From the human T2T-CHM13v2.0 reference genome, Homo sapiens, in the NCBI RefSeq assembly GCF_009914755.1, contig NC_060926.1: 64,000 bases of DNA; one strand, written 5' to 3'. Positions within the stretch are counted from its first letter, which is position 1. The number at the start of each line of letters is the position of its first letter. Both the position numbers and the translations under genes were made by a program. This document shows positions 62,700 to 64,000 of the stretch, in pieces. The notes beneath the pieces are model-generated. The model ran no database searches, was not told the origin of the DNA, and saw only the letters and a program-made list of their open reading frames with translations.

Positions 62700-63295
62700 T
62701 TTATGGAAGCAGAGCCACTTTGAGTATTTTAGAGAATAAGTGGTTTACTAAAGGAGTTGAATCTTAACACAAATGTGAGAAGAGCTGGGGAAATGAAGGT
62801 ATGGAAGAGGGAATCAGAAGATCAAGGCAAGAATCATTGACTAGTCCACTTGAAACATTGGCACAAGTGGGTAAGTCAGAACTTAAGGTAAATCCAAGAA
62901 GCCAAATACTTTCAGACATTGAAATGGGACCATGAAGCAGGGGCTTGCGGAGGGATCTGTGGACAACCATTATATCTATATAGCTATTAACCCTGTGAGT
63001 CCACACAGCAAATGTCTCAGGGGCCTGGGGATGCTATAGGTCAGCAGAGCCAGCAGTTGGAAGGACAAGGTATACACACAGAGCATGGGTTCTGGGATCT
63101 GCAGAGCATCTCCACATCTTGTTTGTTACCATATTAGACCATGACAACTTTCCAAGAGTAAAGGCTGTTGCTTCACTTCTGCCTTTGAAATCCTTGATAG
63201 GTTCTCCTATGATGAACTCTAACATGAAATCAGAAGGAAAAGGGATTTTAGGAAACAGTTTCCAGTTTAAGCAAGTTGACATAGCATAATCCAGT
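62700..63295. mobile_element. Probable old ERVL/MaLR-class LTR
   Basis: gaagcagagccact...ggaaaagggattttaggaaacagtttccagtttaagcaagttgaca resembles old LTR termini; family not determined. Confidence 0.35.
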
Positions 63296-64000
63296 ACATA
63301 TGACTATGCAAGGGTTTAGTTGTTTAACTTGGGAATTTACTTATTTGGAAAGTAGCAACATACTAGCAGGTACAGATTATTCCATAGATTGTGTTTCATA
63401 AAGAAGAGTTTCTGACATGGGGAAACTTTAAAATTTCTTCAAACGGGGGTTTAGATATTGAAGCATTCTTACAACATATAAAGTTAAATATTTAATTTAA
63501 CAAACCTTGATTTGTTTAATAGATGAATTCCTTAGGGGTGATACATCAAATGGATTTTTATAAATTCAACATTTCCCTAATAACAAGTATTAATACCAGC
63601 TATATGATAATTTTTAATTGGTTTTCAGTTGACATTGGCACAGAAGTTTTTTAAATCTTAGTTTGTGTTTTGTTAGCATGATGTCATCAAGGCCATGGGA
63701 TGGTGAGACAATCAAAGTCATTGCAGATTAAATTATATCATAAAGTCCATGTGGTTCTGAGGCAAGATAGGACAAGCATACTTCTCTCTGTGCTGGTAAA
63801 AGGCTGCTATATCTGGTGTTGTCTGGTTATTGTGTAGAGAATAGCACATTTGCTGTATCAGTACCCTGCTTCCCATGTAATGATTTATTCCAGCAAAGAG
63901 ATCATGTCCAGAACAGTAGCTGTAATCAGAGCCACCACTATGTTAAGTTTATCATAATCCATGACATTTTCCAGGACCCATTTTTGTTCTGCTCAGTTTA

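Overview
Primate (almost certainly human) genomic DNA from inside the TTC27 gene, transcribed on the + strand. Only three short coding exons are present (15508-15621, 46580-46675, 49446-49568). All have canonical AG/GT ends and phase 0-0, and together they encode ...[12 protein letters not shown]...RQTQ|ALADQF...HWAIQ|RQLASLL...GQHGK. The rest is intron dense in interspersed repeats: about 40 Alu/FLAM/FAM copies, old L1s, a complete THE1 MaLR provirus nested in Charlie1, MST/MLT1 LTRs, Tigger/MER/Kanga DNA transposons, MIR and L2. Nearly all ORFs in the supplied track are Alu, L1 or THE1 read-through. The most unusual observations are: (1) a retroposed, A-tailed 24-nt 5' fragment of tRNA-Asp(GTC) with target-site duplication at ~18.15-18.23 kb; (2) an Alu-polarity switch around the last two exons that favours a stop-free 219-nt circRNA; (3) a ~120-bp diverged direct duplication whose second copy looks like a 42-nt poison exon, plus a separate 134-nt candidate poison exon; (4) a hairpin-bounded micro-inversion inside an old L1; (5) a triple nested Alu; (6) DUX4-type motifs in both THE1 LTRs. 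Repeat subfamily names come from recalled consensus sequences, and repeat boundaries are approximate unless a TSD is quoted.
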